NCBI GenBank assembly: GCA_049601915.1
Contig: JBMYRB010000002.1
Coordinates: forward strand, 546,800 to 610,799
From: Alphaproteobacteria bacterium
GTDB taxonomy: Bacteria; Pseudomonadota; Alphaproteobacteria; UBA6615
DNA: 64,000 bases
Direction of reading: 5' to 3'
Of this stretch, positions 34,959 through 43,967 are shown in pieces. Both the position numbers and the translations under genes were made by a program. The notes under the pieces were generated by a model that worked only from the letters and a program-made list of their open reading frames with translations, did no database searches and was not told the origin of the DNA. How positions within the stretch are numbered: position 1 is the stretch's first letter; every line of letters begins with the position of its first letter.

Positions 34959-35113
34959 CACCTCATTATATAGGGTCGGCGCTGCAAATACGAAGGACTA
35001 TGCTGGGTTATCCCCGTTGGCCCGGTTTTTCACAGGGCCTCGCGGATATCCGCGACTCGTGTTGCGGACTAGGTTTACGCCATACGTAAGTCGAATCCGA
35101 AACCAGAGACCCG

Positions 35114-35908
35114 ATGCAGCAATATCTCGATCTGATGCGACATGTTCGCGACAATGGCGCCGAGCGCACCGACCGCACCGGCACCGGGACCCTGTCCATC
35201 TTCGGTCATCAGATGCGTTTTGATCTCGGCGCCGGCTTCCCGCTCGTGACGACCAAGAAGATCCACATCAAGTCGGTGATCTATGAGTTGCTCTGGTTTC
35301 TCAAGGGCGACACGAACATCAAATATCTGAACGATAACGGGGTCTCGATCTGGAACGAGTGGGCCGATTCCGACGGTGATCTGGGGCCGGTTTATGGCCA
35401 TCAATGGCGATCATGGCCGGCGCCCGATGGCGGCCGGATCGACCAGATCGAGGGTCTGCTTGAACAAATCTGCAACCGGCCCGACTCACGCCGCCTCATT
35501 GTTTCGGCCTGGAATGTCGCGGATGTCGACACGATGGCGCTGCCGCCATGCCATTGCCTGTTCCAGTTCTATATCGCCGACGGCAAGCTCTCCTGCCAGC
35601 TGTATCAACGCAGCGCCGATATTTTTCTCGGCGTCCCGTTCAACATTGCATCCTACGCGCTGCTGACGATGATGATCGCCCAGGTCGCGAAGCTGGAAGT
35701 CGGAGAATTCATCCATACCTTCGGCGATGCGCATCTCTACCTGAACCATCTCGAACAGGCCGATGCTCAGCTCGAGCGCACGCCATATGCGTTGCCCCAG
35801 CTGACCCTGAACCCGGACGTCGATGATCTGTTTGCGTTCGACTATGACGACTTCACAATCGACGGATACCGGTTCCACCCGCACATCCCGGCGAAGGTCG
35901 CGGTCTGA
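35114..35908 (+). CDS. thyA: Thymidylate synthase
   Basis: [38 protein letters not shown] motifs; 264 aa. Confidence 0.98.
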   Translation: MQQYLDLMRHVRDNGAERTDRTGTGTLSIFGHQMRFDLGAGFPLVTTKKIHIKSVIYELLWFLKGDTNIKYLNDNGVSIWNEWADSDGDLGPVYGHQWRSWPAPDGGRIDQIEGLLEQICNRPDSRRLIVSAWNVADVDTMALPPCHCLFQFYIADGKLSCQLYQRSADIFLGVPFNIASYALLTMMIAQVAKLEVGEFIHTFGDAHLYLNHLEQADAQLERTPYALPQLTLNPDVDDLFAFDYDDFTIDGYRFHPHIPAKVAV

Positions 35909-35912
35909 ACTC

Positions 35913-36392
35913 ATGCGGGTCTCGCTGATTGTCGCGGTGGCCGAAAATGGCGTCATTGGCCGGGACGGTGATCTGCCCTGGCGCATCCCTGCTGACCTGA
36001 AGTTTTTCAAGGAAAGAACAACCGGCCATCCGATCGTGATGGGGCGCAAGACCCACCAATCGATCGGGCGCGCATTGCCGGGGCGAATGAATATCGTCGT
36101 CACGCGCGACAGCGATTTTGCGGGCGAGGATATCGCGGTTGTCCGCGATCTTGATGCCGCGTTCCTGGCCGCCGGCGACGCGTGCGAGGTGATGGTGATC
36201 GGGGGTGCACAAATTTACGAACTGGCGTTGCCGCACGCGGACCGAATTTACCTGACGGAAGTGCATGTCGCGGCAGACGGGGACACGCATTTCCCCGCAC
36301 TTGATCAGAGTGTCTGGCACGAGACGGCGCGGGTGGATCATCCGGCCGAGGGTGATGTCCCGGCTTTCAGTTTCGTTACCCTTGAGCGTTAG
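35913..36392 (+). CDS. folA: Dihydrofolate reductase
   Basis: NGVIG..LPW..PADL, MGRKT, LPGR, IGGAQIY, GDTHFP; start at MRVSL. Confidence 0.97.
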   Translation: MRVSLIVAVAENGVIGRDGDLPWRIPADLKFFKERTTGHPIVMGRKTHQSIGRALPGRMNIVVTRDSDFAGEDIAVVRDLDAAFLAAGDACEVMVIGGAQIYELALPHADRIYLTEVHVAADGDTHFPALDQSVWHETARVDHPAEGDVPAFSFVTLER

Positions 36393-36407
36393 AGCCGGTC
36401 TGCCGGG

Positions 36408-36858
36408 TCACGAGCTGTCGTCACGCAGCTCCGGCCAGTTGCGGTCGGCGGAAGCGGTGTTGCCGGACTTGTCGATGGCCCAGCGCGCGCACGAGTTTCG
36501 AGAAATTCAGATACAGCTTGCCGTCGCGGACCGACCAGTCGTCGGGATCCGTGGAGGCCGTGTAATTGTTCGCGACGGCCCAGGCGCAGTATCCACCGCA
36601 TTGCGGGACGTATTTCTCAGGCGCGGCAGTGAACTTCTCGCGGTTCGCCGCCGTCGCGAAGTGCCATGTTGCACCCTGATATGTTACGCTGTGCGCAGGG
36701 TCGCCCTTCACCGGTTTTTCTTCGGTGAAGTAGGCCACCGGATCGTAGCCATGAATGGCGGCGCCATCGGCACTGTATTCAGGCTCGACTGCCAGCGCCG
36801 GTGCAGTGAAGAAAAGGCCGATGATGAGGACGGTTGCGGCTCGGGTGGCGCTGCGCAT
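36408..36858 (-). pseudogene. Secreted YHS-domain protein, frameshifted near the C-terminus
   Basis: Signal peptide, GYDPVAYF, GGYCAWAV, DGKLYLN. The family-like ending WAIDKSGNTASADRNWPEL is in another frame after a (GC)n tract at about 36483-36490. Confidence 0.8.
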
Positions 36859-36968
36859 GTGAAATCTCCCGCAAGTGTGTGGTGATTTGCTTCGTAAACA
36901 CATAGGGCACAGAAATCATTCCGCCACCGGCGGAATAAAATCATGTGGCTTGTGGGATGGCGATAAAT

Positions 36969-37185
36969 GAAATCCGTCGGGTCGGAGACGATACGCTGCC
37001 GGCCGTTTTGGGGGCAAGGTGGCCGGCAGCCTGCGGGGCACGGCCGATCGCCGACCCGACGGTTTCGCGATGCGGGCTTGAAACTCAGGCGCACGCCTCT
37101 GACTTCAAGCTGGATGGCCGCATGCAATTCGACAACTCACGAAGATGTGTCGAGCGATCAACTAAGCGCGATCGGCACGCGAGCG
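36969..37185. ncRNA. Candidate structured intergenic RNA
   Basis: Nested perfect stems 36974-36985/37051-37062 (12 bp) and 36995-37004/37021-37030 (10 bp), plus a hairpin at 37076-37110. Confidence 0.4.
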
Positions 37186-37200
37186 GCTGTGAACGGGGGC

Positions 37201-38328
37201 CTAATCGATCGAGATGCTGGGCGCCGGCCGGGTCGTCGCTGTCGATATCTTCGCCAACACTGCCGAGGCGACGTCGCGGTAGGCTTCCGCGTGCGGCCCG
37301 TCGGGTTCGCTGGCCGTAATCGGCTGGCCGGAATCGGATGTAATCCGGATGGCGACATCGAGGGGGATTTCCCCAAGGAAGTCACAACCCAGGCGTTCGG
37401 CCTCGGACCGCGCGCCGCCATGGCCGAAGATATCGGTCTGCTCGCCGCAATTCGGGCAGATGAACATGCTCATATTCTCGACAATGCCGAGCACCGGGAC
37501 ATTGACCTTGGCAAACATGTTCATCCCCTTGCGGGCGTCGATCAGCGCGATGTCCTGCGGGGTCGAGACGATCACTACGCCGGCCAGCGGGACCCGCTGG
37601 GCCATGGTCAACTGCGCATCGCCGGTGCCCGGTGGCATGTCGACAATAAGGACGTCGAGCTCACCCCATTCGACCTCGCGCATCATCTGTTCCAGCGCGC
37701 CGATCACCATCGGGCCGCGCCACACCGTGGCGGTGTCTTCAGGCACCATGAAGCCCATCGACATTACTTTCACGCCATGTGCCTCAAGTGGCTCGATTTT
37801 TTTGTTGGCCAGGGGCTTGGGTTTGTCCGAAATCCCCAGCATGCGCGGCAGCGATGGCCCATAGACATCTGCATCGAGTATGCCGACCCGTTTGCCCAGC
37901 GACGCCAGCGCAGCCGAGAGATTCACGGCCGTCGTCGATTTTCCGACCCCACCTTTACCGCTGGCCACGGCGACAATCGCGCCAACTTCCGGTAGTAACG
38001 ACGTGGCCGACGCGTCATTCCCGCGCGGGGCCGGTTTTGCATCGGAATCCCGATTTTCAGCGGCTTGGGCCGGGGCCGAATTATGGGCGGTAAGGACCAC
38101 CGAAACAGACGATACGCCATCGAGTTGGAGGACCGCGCGCTCTGCGGCTTTGCGCAGTGGTTCCATGCGTTCTGCGTCTGCCGGATCGATCTCGATGGCG
38201 AACCCGATGTTGCGGTCCTTGATCACCAAACCTGAGACCATGTCATTGGCAATGATGTCTTTGCCGCTGACGGGATCAACGATTGTGCATAAAGCGGCGC
38301 GAACATCGTCTTGAGAAAGGTCCGTCAT
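37201..38328 (-). CDS. mrp: Fe-S cluster carrier ATPase Mrp/ApbC
   Basis: N-terminal DUF59-like domain, SGKGGVGKST, DADVYGPS, WRGPM, DMPPGTGD, ENMS..CPNC motifs. Confidence 0.96.
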   Translation of the reverse strand: MTDLSQDDVRAALCTIVDPVSGKDIIANDMVSGLVIKDRNIGFAIEIDPADAERMEPLRKAAERAVLQLDGVSSVSVVLTAHNSAPAQAAENRDSDAKPAPRGNDASATSLLPEVGAIVAVASGKGGVGKSTTAVNLSAALASLGKRVGILDADVYGPSLPRMLGISDKPKPLANKKIEPLEAHGVKVMSMGFMVPEDTATVWRGPMVIGALEQMMREVEWGELDVLIVDMPPGTGDAQLTMAQRVPLAGVVIVSTPQDIALIDARKGMNMFAKVNVPVLGIVENMSMFICPNCGEQTDIFGHGGARSEAERLGCDFLGEIPLDVAIRITSDSGQPITASEPDGPHAEAYRDVASAVLAKISTATTRPAPSISID

Positions 38329-38512
38329 GCTTGAAAACTCCGGGTATACAGACAATATCGTTTAGAACTGGTCGCCATGGCGTGATCACGCCTCACGGTA
38401 TGTTGTGTGATATAAGCTTCAGTGATCGATTTATAAACCCGGCACGGTGACCGTTTGCCCTCAGAGGGTCGACATCAAGTCTTGTGCCAGCTTACCGGCG
38501 AAGGAATTTGTG

Positions 38513-39667
38513 ATGCCTTGGAATAGTCAGGGAGGGGGCGGTGGCCCATGGGGCGGCGGCGGCAGTGGTGGCGGCGGCGGCGGTCCCTGGGGCGGGCAAC
38601 GCCCACCGGGTGGCGGCGGCATGGGCGGCGGACAGCAGCCCAATATTGAAGAAATGCTTCGTCGCAGCCAAGATAAGGTGCGCCGGATTATGCCGGGCGG
38701 ATTTGGCAGCGGTCGCGGGATTGCGATTGTTGTCCTCGTGGTCCTGGTGCTCTGGGGCCTGAGCGGCTTCTACCGGGTCCAGGAAAACGAACGCGGCCTC
38801 GAGCTGGTGTTCGGCAAATGGAACGAACAGGTGGCCGCACCGGGCCTGCGCTGGCGCTGGCCGACACCCATCGGTGAAGTGCTGACCCCGGCGGTCACGC
38901 AGATCAACCGGTTGAATATCGGTTTCCGGGACGCCGCCGATTACGGCCGTTCCAACTCTCCACGAGACATCACGGGTGAATCCCTGATGTTGACGAGTGA
39001 TCAGAACATTTCGGATGTGGATTTTACGGTGCAGTGGCGGATTGCTGATCCGGCCGATTATCTGTTCAACATTCTCGAACCGGAGGAGACGGTCAAAGCC
39101 GCAGCAGAGAGCGCCATGCGCGAGGTTGTTGGCCAGACCAAGCTCGATGACCTGCTGACCACGGCACGTGAAGGCGTACAGGACGATACGCGCGATCTGC
39201 TGCAACAGATCCTCGACAGTTACGGCGCGGGTATCAGCGTCGAGCGTGTCCAGCTTCAGAAGACAGAGGCCCCGGCACCGGTGATCGATGCATTCAACGA
39301 CGTTCAACGTGCGCGTCAGGATCAGGAGCGACTGCAGAACAAGGCGGAAGCTTATCGAAACCGGATCGTGCCGACCGCACGTGGTGAGGCGGCGGGCCTT
39401 CTCGAAGAGGCTGCGGCCTATCGCGAACGGGTGATCAAGGAAGCACAGGGTGAGGCGGCTCGTTTCGATCAGATATTCGAGACCTATCGCGCGGCCCCCG
39501 ACGTCACCCGCCGCCGTCTCTATATCGAGACACTGCGAGACGTCCTGGAAAACGCGAACAAAGTCATCATCGATGAAGGCTCGGGCGGTGGGCAAGGTGT
39601 TGTGCCTTACCTGCCGCTAAACGAACTCAATCGCAATCGATCCTCGAACTCTGGAGATCAGCAATGA
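38513..39667 (+). CDS. hflK: FtsH modulator HflK
   Basis: MPWN + Gly-rich GPWG N-terminus, TM, SPFH domain, YLPL C-terminal motif. Confidence 0.96.
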   Translation: MPWNSQGGGGGPWGGGGSGGGGGGPWGGQRPPGGGGMGGGQQPNIEEMLRRSQDKVRRIMPGGFGSGRGIAIVVLVVLVLWGLSGFYRVQENERGLELVFGKWNEQVAAPGLRWRWPTPIGEVLTPAVTQINRLNIGFRDAADYGRSNSPRDITGESLMLTSDQNISDVDFTVQWRIADPADYLFNILEPEETVKAAAESAMREVVGQTKLDDLLTTAREGVQDDTRDLLQQILDSYGAGISVERVQLQKTEAPAPVIDAFNDVQRARQDQERLQNKAEAYRNRIVPTARGEAAGLLEEAAAYRERVIKEAQGEAARFDQIFETYRAAPDVTRRRLYIETLRDVLENANKVIIDEGSGGGQGVVPYLPLNELNRNRSSNSGDQQ

Positions 39668-40563
39668 GCCGGGCCAAACTCGCCATTATCGGCGGCGCCA
39701 TTATCATCATCGGTGTTCTTCTAAACTCCGGTCTGTTCACCGTACGTGAAACCGATCAGGTCCTCGTTCTTCAGCTGGGCGAGCATAAGCGCACCGTTCA
39801 GGAGCCGGGGCTTCACTTCAAGATTCCGTTCATTCAAAACGTTGTCAGCTATGACAAGCGCGTACTTAGTGTGGATCCGGCGGCCGAGGAAATGCTGCTG
39901 AGCGATCAGAAGCGTATCCTGGTTGATGCGTTCGCGCGTTACCGGATTACCGATCCATTGAAGTTCTTTCAGACAGTGCGCGACAAGCAAATCTTCGACA
40001 ATCGCTTCGGAAACATCCTGACCTCGACGGTCAAGGAGTTCGTCGCCCAGCGGCGGCTGGAGGATCTCCTGTCGGACAAGCGAAACGCTATCATGGAATC
40101 CATTCGTGACGGTGTTGCCAGCGAATCCCAGGGCTTCGGCATTGAGGTGGTCGACATTCGTATCGGACGCTCGGAGTTGCCCGAGGCCGTTTCCCAGACC
40201 GTGTATGAGCGGATGCGCACCGAACGTGAGCGTCAAGCCAATCTGCTGCGCGCTGAGGGGCAGGAAAATGCGCGCCGGATCGAGGCCGAGGCAGATCGCC
40301 AGCAGGTCGAGATCATCGCCGAAGCTCAGCGTGAAGCCCAGTCGCTTCGCGGTGGTGGCGATGCCACGCGCAACGCGATCCTGGCCGAATCCTATGGCAA
40401 GGATGCGGAATTTTTCGAGTTCTTCCGGTCGCTGGAGGCCTACAAGGAGACGTTCGCGAAGGAAGGAACCACTATGGTGCTTTCACCCGACAGCGACTTC
40501 TTCAAGTACTTTGGGGACCTTCAGGGCGGCCGTGACAGGGTGAATGAACGTCAGGATAGGTAG
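39664..40563 (+). CDS. hflC: FtsH modulator HflC
   Basis: PGLHFKIPF, RMRTERER, FFRSLEAY, LSPDSDFFKYF; ATGA overlap with hflK. Confidence 0.96.
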   Translation: MSRAKLAIIGGAIIIIGVLLNSGLFTVRETDQVLVLQLGEHKRTVQEPGLHFKIPFIQNVVSYDKRVLSVDPAAEEMLLSDQKRILVDAFARYRITDPLKFFQTVRDKQIFDNRFGNILTSTVKEFVAQRRLEDLLSDKRNAIMESIRDGVASESQGFGIEVVDIRIGRSELPEAVSQTVYERMRTERERQANLLRAEGQENARRIEAEADRQQVEIIAEAQREAQSLRGGGDATRNAILAESYGKDAEFFEFFRSLEAYKETFAKEGTTMVLSPDSDFFKYFGDLQGGRDRVNERQDR

Positions 40564-40569
40564 ACCAAG

Positions 40570-40785
40570 ATAGGACAACTCCTGCTCTGGGGCAGCTTTC
40601 TGCTCATCGGCTTTGCGCTGGTTCCGCTCGTCGAGGGCCCGATCTACGCCATGGCGCCGAACATAATGAAGCGCCTGCTGGCTCAGATGAACAACGTGCC
40701 CGAAGCGACATTGCGGTCGGGCGGCGTTGTCGCAGCGGTTGCCGGATTTGGGTTGCTGGTGCTCCTGAAGGTCGTACAGCTCTGA
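40570..40785 (+). CDS. DUF2065-like small membrane protein without a canonical start (possible pseudogene)
   Basis: Manual translation IGQLLLWGSFLLIGFALVPLVEGPIYAMAPNIMKRLLAQMNNVPEATLRSGGVVAAVAGFGLLVLLKVVQL*; usual position after hflC. Confidence 0.65.
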   Translation: MGQLLLWGSFLLIGFALVPLVEGPIYAMAPNIMKRLLAQMNNVPEATLRSGGVVAAVAGFGLLVLLKVVQL

Positions 40786-40934
40786 TCGGGTGGATGCGTT
40801 GCGGGGGTTCACGCGAATGTCATGCGTGAAGTCGCGGTGCCTCAAATGTGCCGGGAGGATGCCCAATTCCGACCATCATTGGGTTCCATATCGGTATTCG
40901 GCGGCTCGGGTGTCGCCGTGTTTTCGGGAGCGCG

Positions 40935-40963
40935 CTTGAACGATCAGTTCGTGTTTCACATAT
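40935..40963 (+). promoter_or_regulatory. Putative RpoH (sigma32) promoter for degQ
   Basis: CTTGAA-N16-CACATAT, about 70 bp upstream of the protease start. Confidence 0.45.
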
Positions 40964-41030
40964 CGACAAGACCGATGGCCAAAGGCGCGGCGGAAGGCAC
41001 AGAATGCCTAGAATGGGAGTAACGGAAAAA

Positions 41031-42551
41031 ATGTACGCAAAACAACCTCAACCATCTCGTTCACTGGTCGGCTGGACCGCCGGTCGCGCCGGTGCGGCAA
41101 GCACATTCCTGATGGGAATCGTGCTGATCGTCGCCCTTGTCGTCTCTGCGTTGCCCGCTTCGGCGAAGTCTGCGCCGGACTCGTTTGCCGATCTGGCCGA
41201 ACGATTGCTGCCGACGGTCGTGAATATATCCAGCACCCAGCTGGTAAATCAGGGCCCCGGTCAGGAACGCGGGCCGGATATTCCCCAGGCCCCGCCGGGA
41301 TCGCCGTTTGGCGACATGTTCAAGGATTTCTTCAATCGCAATCAGCAGGGCGCGCCACGCCGCGCCACATCGCTGGGCTCCGGGTTCATCATTGATCCGA
41401 GCGGATTGGTCGTGACCAACAACCATGTGATCGACGGCGCCGACGAAATCATGGTCACCCTGTCCGACGATACGCAGCTCAAAGCCGAACTGCTGGGCCG
41501 GGATCCTAAAACGGATCTGGCGCTGCTTCGCGTCGAGACGGAGCGCGATCTGCCGTTCGTGCCATGGGGCAATTCGAGCGTGGCCCGCGTTGGCGACTGG
41601 GTGGTCGCCATCGGCAACCCGTTTGGCCTTGGTGGCACCGTGACGGCCGGTATTATTTCTGCCCGTCAGCGCGACATCCGCCAGGGCCCCTATGACAGCT
41701 TCCTGCAGACCGATGCGTCCATCAATCGCGGCAACTCGGGCGGGCCGATGTTCAACATGAATGGCGAAGTCATTGGTGTGAATACGGCCATCTTCTCGCC
41801 GACGGGCGGAAGTGTGGGGGTTGGCTTCGCCATCCCGTCATCCATCGCTTCGCGGGTTATCGATCAGCTGCGTGACTTCGGCCAGACGCGCCGTGGTTGG
41901 CTGGGTGTTCGCATTCAGTCGGTGACCGACGAGATCGCCGAGAGTATCGCCCTGGAGGGCGAGGCGCGCGGCGCGCTGGTGTCATCCGTGACCGCTGCTG
42001 GTCCGGCCGAGAAAAGCGGCATCGAGGCGGGTGATGTGATCCTGACTTTTGACGGCAAACCGGTCGCGAGCATGCGCGAGTTGCCGCGTATTGTCGCCGA
42101 AACGGACATCGGCAAGAGCGTACCGGTCGAGGTCTGGCGCAATGAGCGTCTGGTGACCGTGGGGGTCCAGATCGGTGAACTCGAGGAAGAGGTTCCGATC
42201 CTCGCGTCCGCCGGACCGCGTGGTCAGGCGATCGAGCCCGACGAAGCCGCGATCGAGGACATCGGTATTACCGTGACGTCGATCACCGATCAGATGCGGG
42301 CGGAGTTCACGCTGCCAGAAGATCTGCGCGGCGTGGTGATCACCGGCGTCGATCCGGACAGTGCGGCAGCCGAAAAGAGCCTTCGCCCTGGCGATGTGAT
42401 CGTCGAGGTCAGCCAGGAAGAGGTGAGCACGCCGGGTCAGATTGCGGAGAAAATTCGCAAGGCGCGCGATAATGACCGCAGTTCGGTGTTGCTCAAGATC
42501 AACCGCAACGGCGACCGCCGGTTTGTCGCGGTGCGGATCAACAAATCCTGA
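41031..42551 (+). CDS. HtrA/DegQ-family periplasmic serine protease with two PDZ domains
   Basis: SLGSGFI, TNNHV, DLALL, INRGNSGGP, RGWLGV motifs; start uncertain. Confidence 0.95.
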   Translation: MYAKQPQPSRSLVGWTAGRAGAASTFLMGIVLIVALVVSALPASAKSAPDSFADLAERLLPTVVNISSTQLVNQGPGQERGPDIPQAPPGSPFGDMFKDFFNRNQQGAPRRATSLGSGFIIDPSGLVVTNNHVIDGADEIMVTLSDDTQLKAELLGRDPKTDLALLRVETERDLPFVPWGNSSVARVGDWVVAIGNPFGLGGTVTAGIISARQRDIRQGPYDSFLQTDASINRGNSGGPMFNMNGEVIGVNTAIFSPTGGSVGVGFAIPSSIASRVIDQLRDFGQTRRGWLGVRIQSVTDEIAESIALEGEARGALVSSVTAAGPAEKSGIEAGDVILTFDGKPVASMRELPRIVAETDIGKSVPVEVWRNERLVTVGVQIGELEEEVPILASAGPRGQAIEPDEAAIEDIGITVTSITDQMRAEFTLPEDLRGVVITGVDPDSAAAEKSLRPGDVIVEVSQEEVSTPGQIAEKIRKARDNDRSSVLLKINRNGDRRFVAVRINKS

Positions 42552-42586
42552 CGCAACTTCAGAACAAGTTTCCCGAGTAAGTGATG

Positions 42587-42616
42587 ACGGCGGCACCTTC
42601 GAGTGCCGCCGTTTTT
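42587..42616 (+). terminator. Intrinsic terminator after the HtrA protease gene
   Basis: ACGGCGGCAC-CTTCGA-GTGCCGCCGT followed by TTTT. Confidence 0.8.
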
Positions 42617-42725
42617 CCGTTCCGGGGCGACTTTTCGGCGCTGGTGCTTTCGTTGGCCAGGGCAATATGCGATGACGACGCGCTGAAGCGTTTCTTCCAT
42701 TCACGCAAACCAACGAGCTGTCGAT

Positions 42726-43967
42726 ATGAGCGAAATCCTGCTCCACCCATTCCCCGGACTGCGACCCGCGCCTGGAGCCGCCGAGGATGTTGCCGCACCG
42801 CCCTATGATGTTGTGTCATTTGACGAGGCTGCCGCGCTGGCGGATGGCAGGCCGTGGAGTTTCCTGCATGTTTCGCGGCCCGAGATTGATTTGCCGCCCG
42901 GTACGGATTCCCACGCGGACGAGGTTTATGCCAAGGGGGCATCGAACCTCGCGGCCATGATCGAGGCCGGTGTGCTGATCCGCGACGATGCGCCCTGCTA
43001 CTACGTTTATCGGATCATCATGGGTGACCATGTCCAAACGGGCCTGGTCGCGGCCACGCCGGTGGACGCCTATTTGAAGAATATCGTGCGCAAACATGAA
43101 TTTACACGCCCCGATAAGGAAGGCGACCGGGTGCGCCAGATCGATGAAGTCGATGCCCAGACCGGCCCGGTGCTCGTGGTGCATCAGCCACGGCCCGGCA
43201 TTGCCGATGTCCTCGAAGACATCTCGGCACAGGATGCGACCTATGACGTCACGCAGCCGGATGGCGTGCGCCATATCGTTTGGGCTGTAACGGCGCCTGC
43301 GGATGTGAAGAAGGTGGCCGATGCCTACGCGCCGGTGGATGTGCTGTACATTGCTGACGGGCATCATCGTTCCGCTGCCGCGGCACGGGTGGCGGCGCTG
43401 CGTGACGGGCGGGGCGGCACAACGGATTCGCACAAACGGTTCCTGATCGTCGCGTTCCCGACCGATGAACTTCATATCCTCGACTACAACCGCGTGATCA
43501 GGGATTTGAACGGCCTGTCGGCCGATGCATTCCTCGAGCGCGTCGGTGGGGTGTTCGATCTGGCCCCGGCAAGTGCGCCGGCACGCCCCGGCGCAGCGCA
43601 TGAATTCGGAATGTATCTCAACGGCAACTGGTACACCCTCGCGACAAAGAGCGCGCCGGGGCCCGATGCGCCGCCGCTCGAACGGCTGGATGTGAAGCTG
43701 CTCTCCGACCGGCTGCTTGATCCGGTTCTCGGGATCGCCGACCCGCGAACCGACCCGCGGATTGATTTCGTGGGCGGCATTCGGGGACTGGAAGCGCTGG
43801 AGGACCGCGTGGACAGCGGTGACTGGGCCGTGGCTTTTGCCCTGTTTCCAACGAGCATCGAAGATCTGATGGCGGTTGCCGACGCGAATGAAGTGATGCC
43901 GCCGAAATCAACCTGGTTCGAACCCAAGCTGGCAGATGGCCTGGTCTCCTACCCGCTTGATGTATGA
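42726..43967 (+). CDS. DUF1015 family protein (ParB/Srx-like fold)
   Basis: APPYDV, KHEFTRPDKE.DR, YIADGHHR, IDFVGGIRG, MPPKSTWFEPK motifs; ATGA overlap with miaA. Confidence 0.9.
   Translation: MSEILLHPFPGLRPAPGAAEDVAAPPYDVVSFDEAAALADGRPWSFLHVSRPEIDLPPGTDSHADEVYAKGASNLAAMIEAGVLIRDDAPCYYVYRIIMGDHVQTGLVAATPVDAYLKNIVRKHEFTRPDKEGDRVRQIDEVDAQTGPVLVVHQPRPGIADVLEDISAQDATYDVTQPDGVRHIVWAVTAPADVKKVADAYAPVDVLYIADGHHRSAAAARVAALRDGRGGTTDSHKRFLIVAFPTDELHILDYNRVIRDLNGLSADAFLERVGGVFDLAPASAPARPGAAHEFGMYLNGNWYTLATKSAPGPDAPPLERLDVKLLSDRLLDPVLGIADPRTDPRIDFVGGIRGLEALEDRVDSGDWAVAFALFPTSIEDLMAVADANEVMPPKSTWFEPKLADGLVSYPLDV

Noticed and set aside
36880-36950. ECF-sigma-like promoter (TGATTT-N16-TACGAA) upstream of the YHS gene
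   Set aside because: Resembles ECF consensus patterns, but too loosely to assign without a motif scan.
38520-38640. GGC-rich tandem repeats
   Set aside because: They encode the normal Gly-rich N-terminus of HflK.
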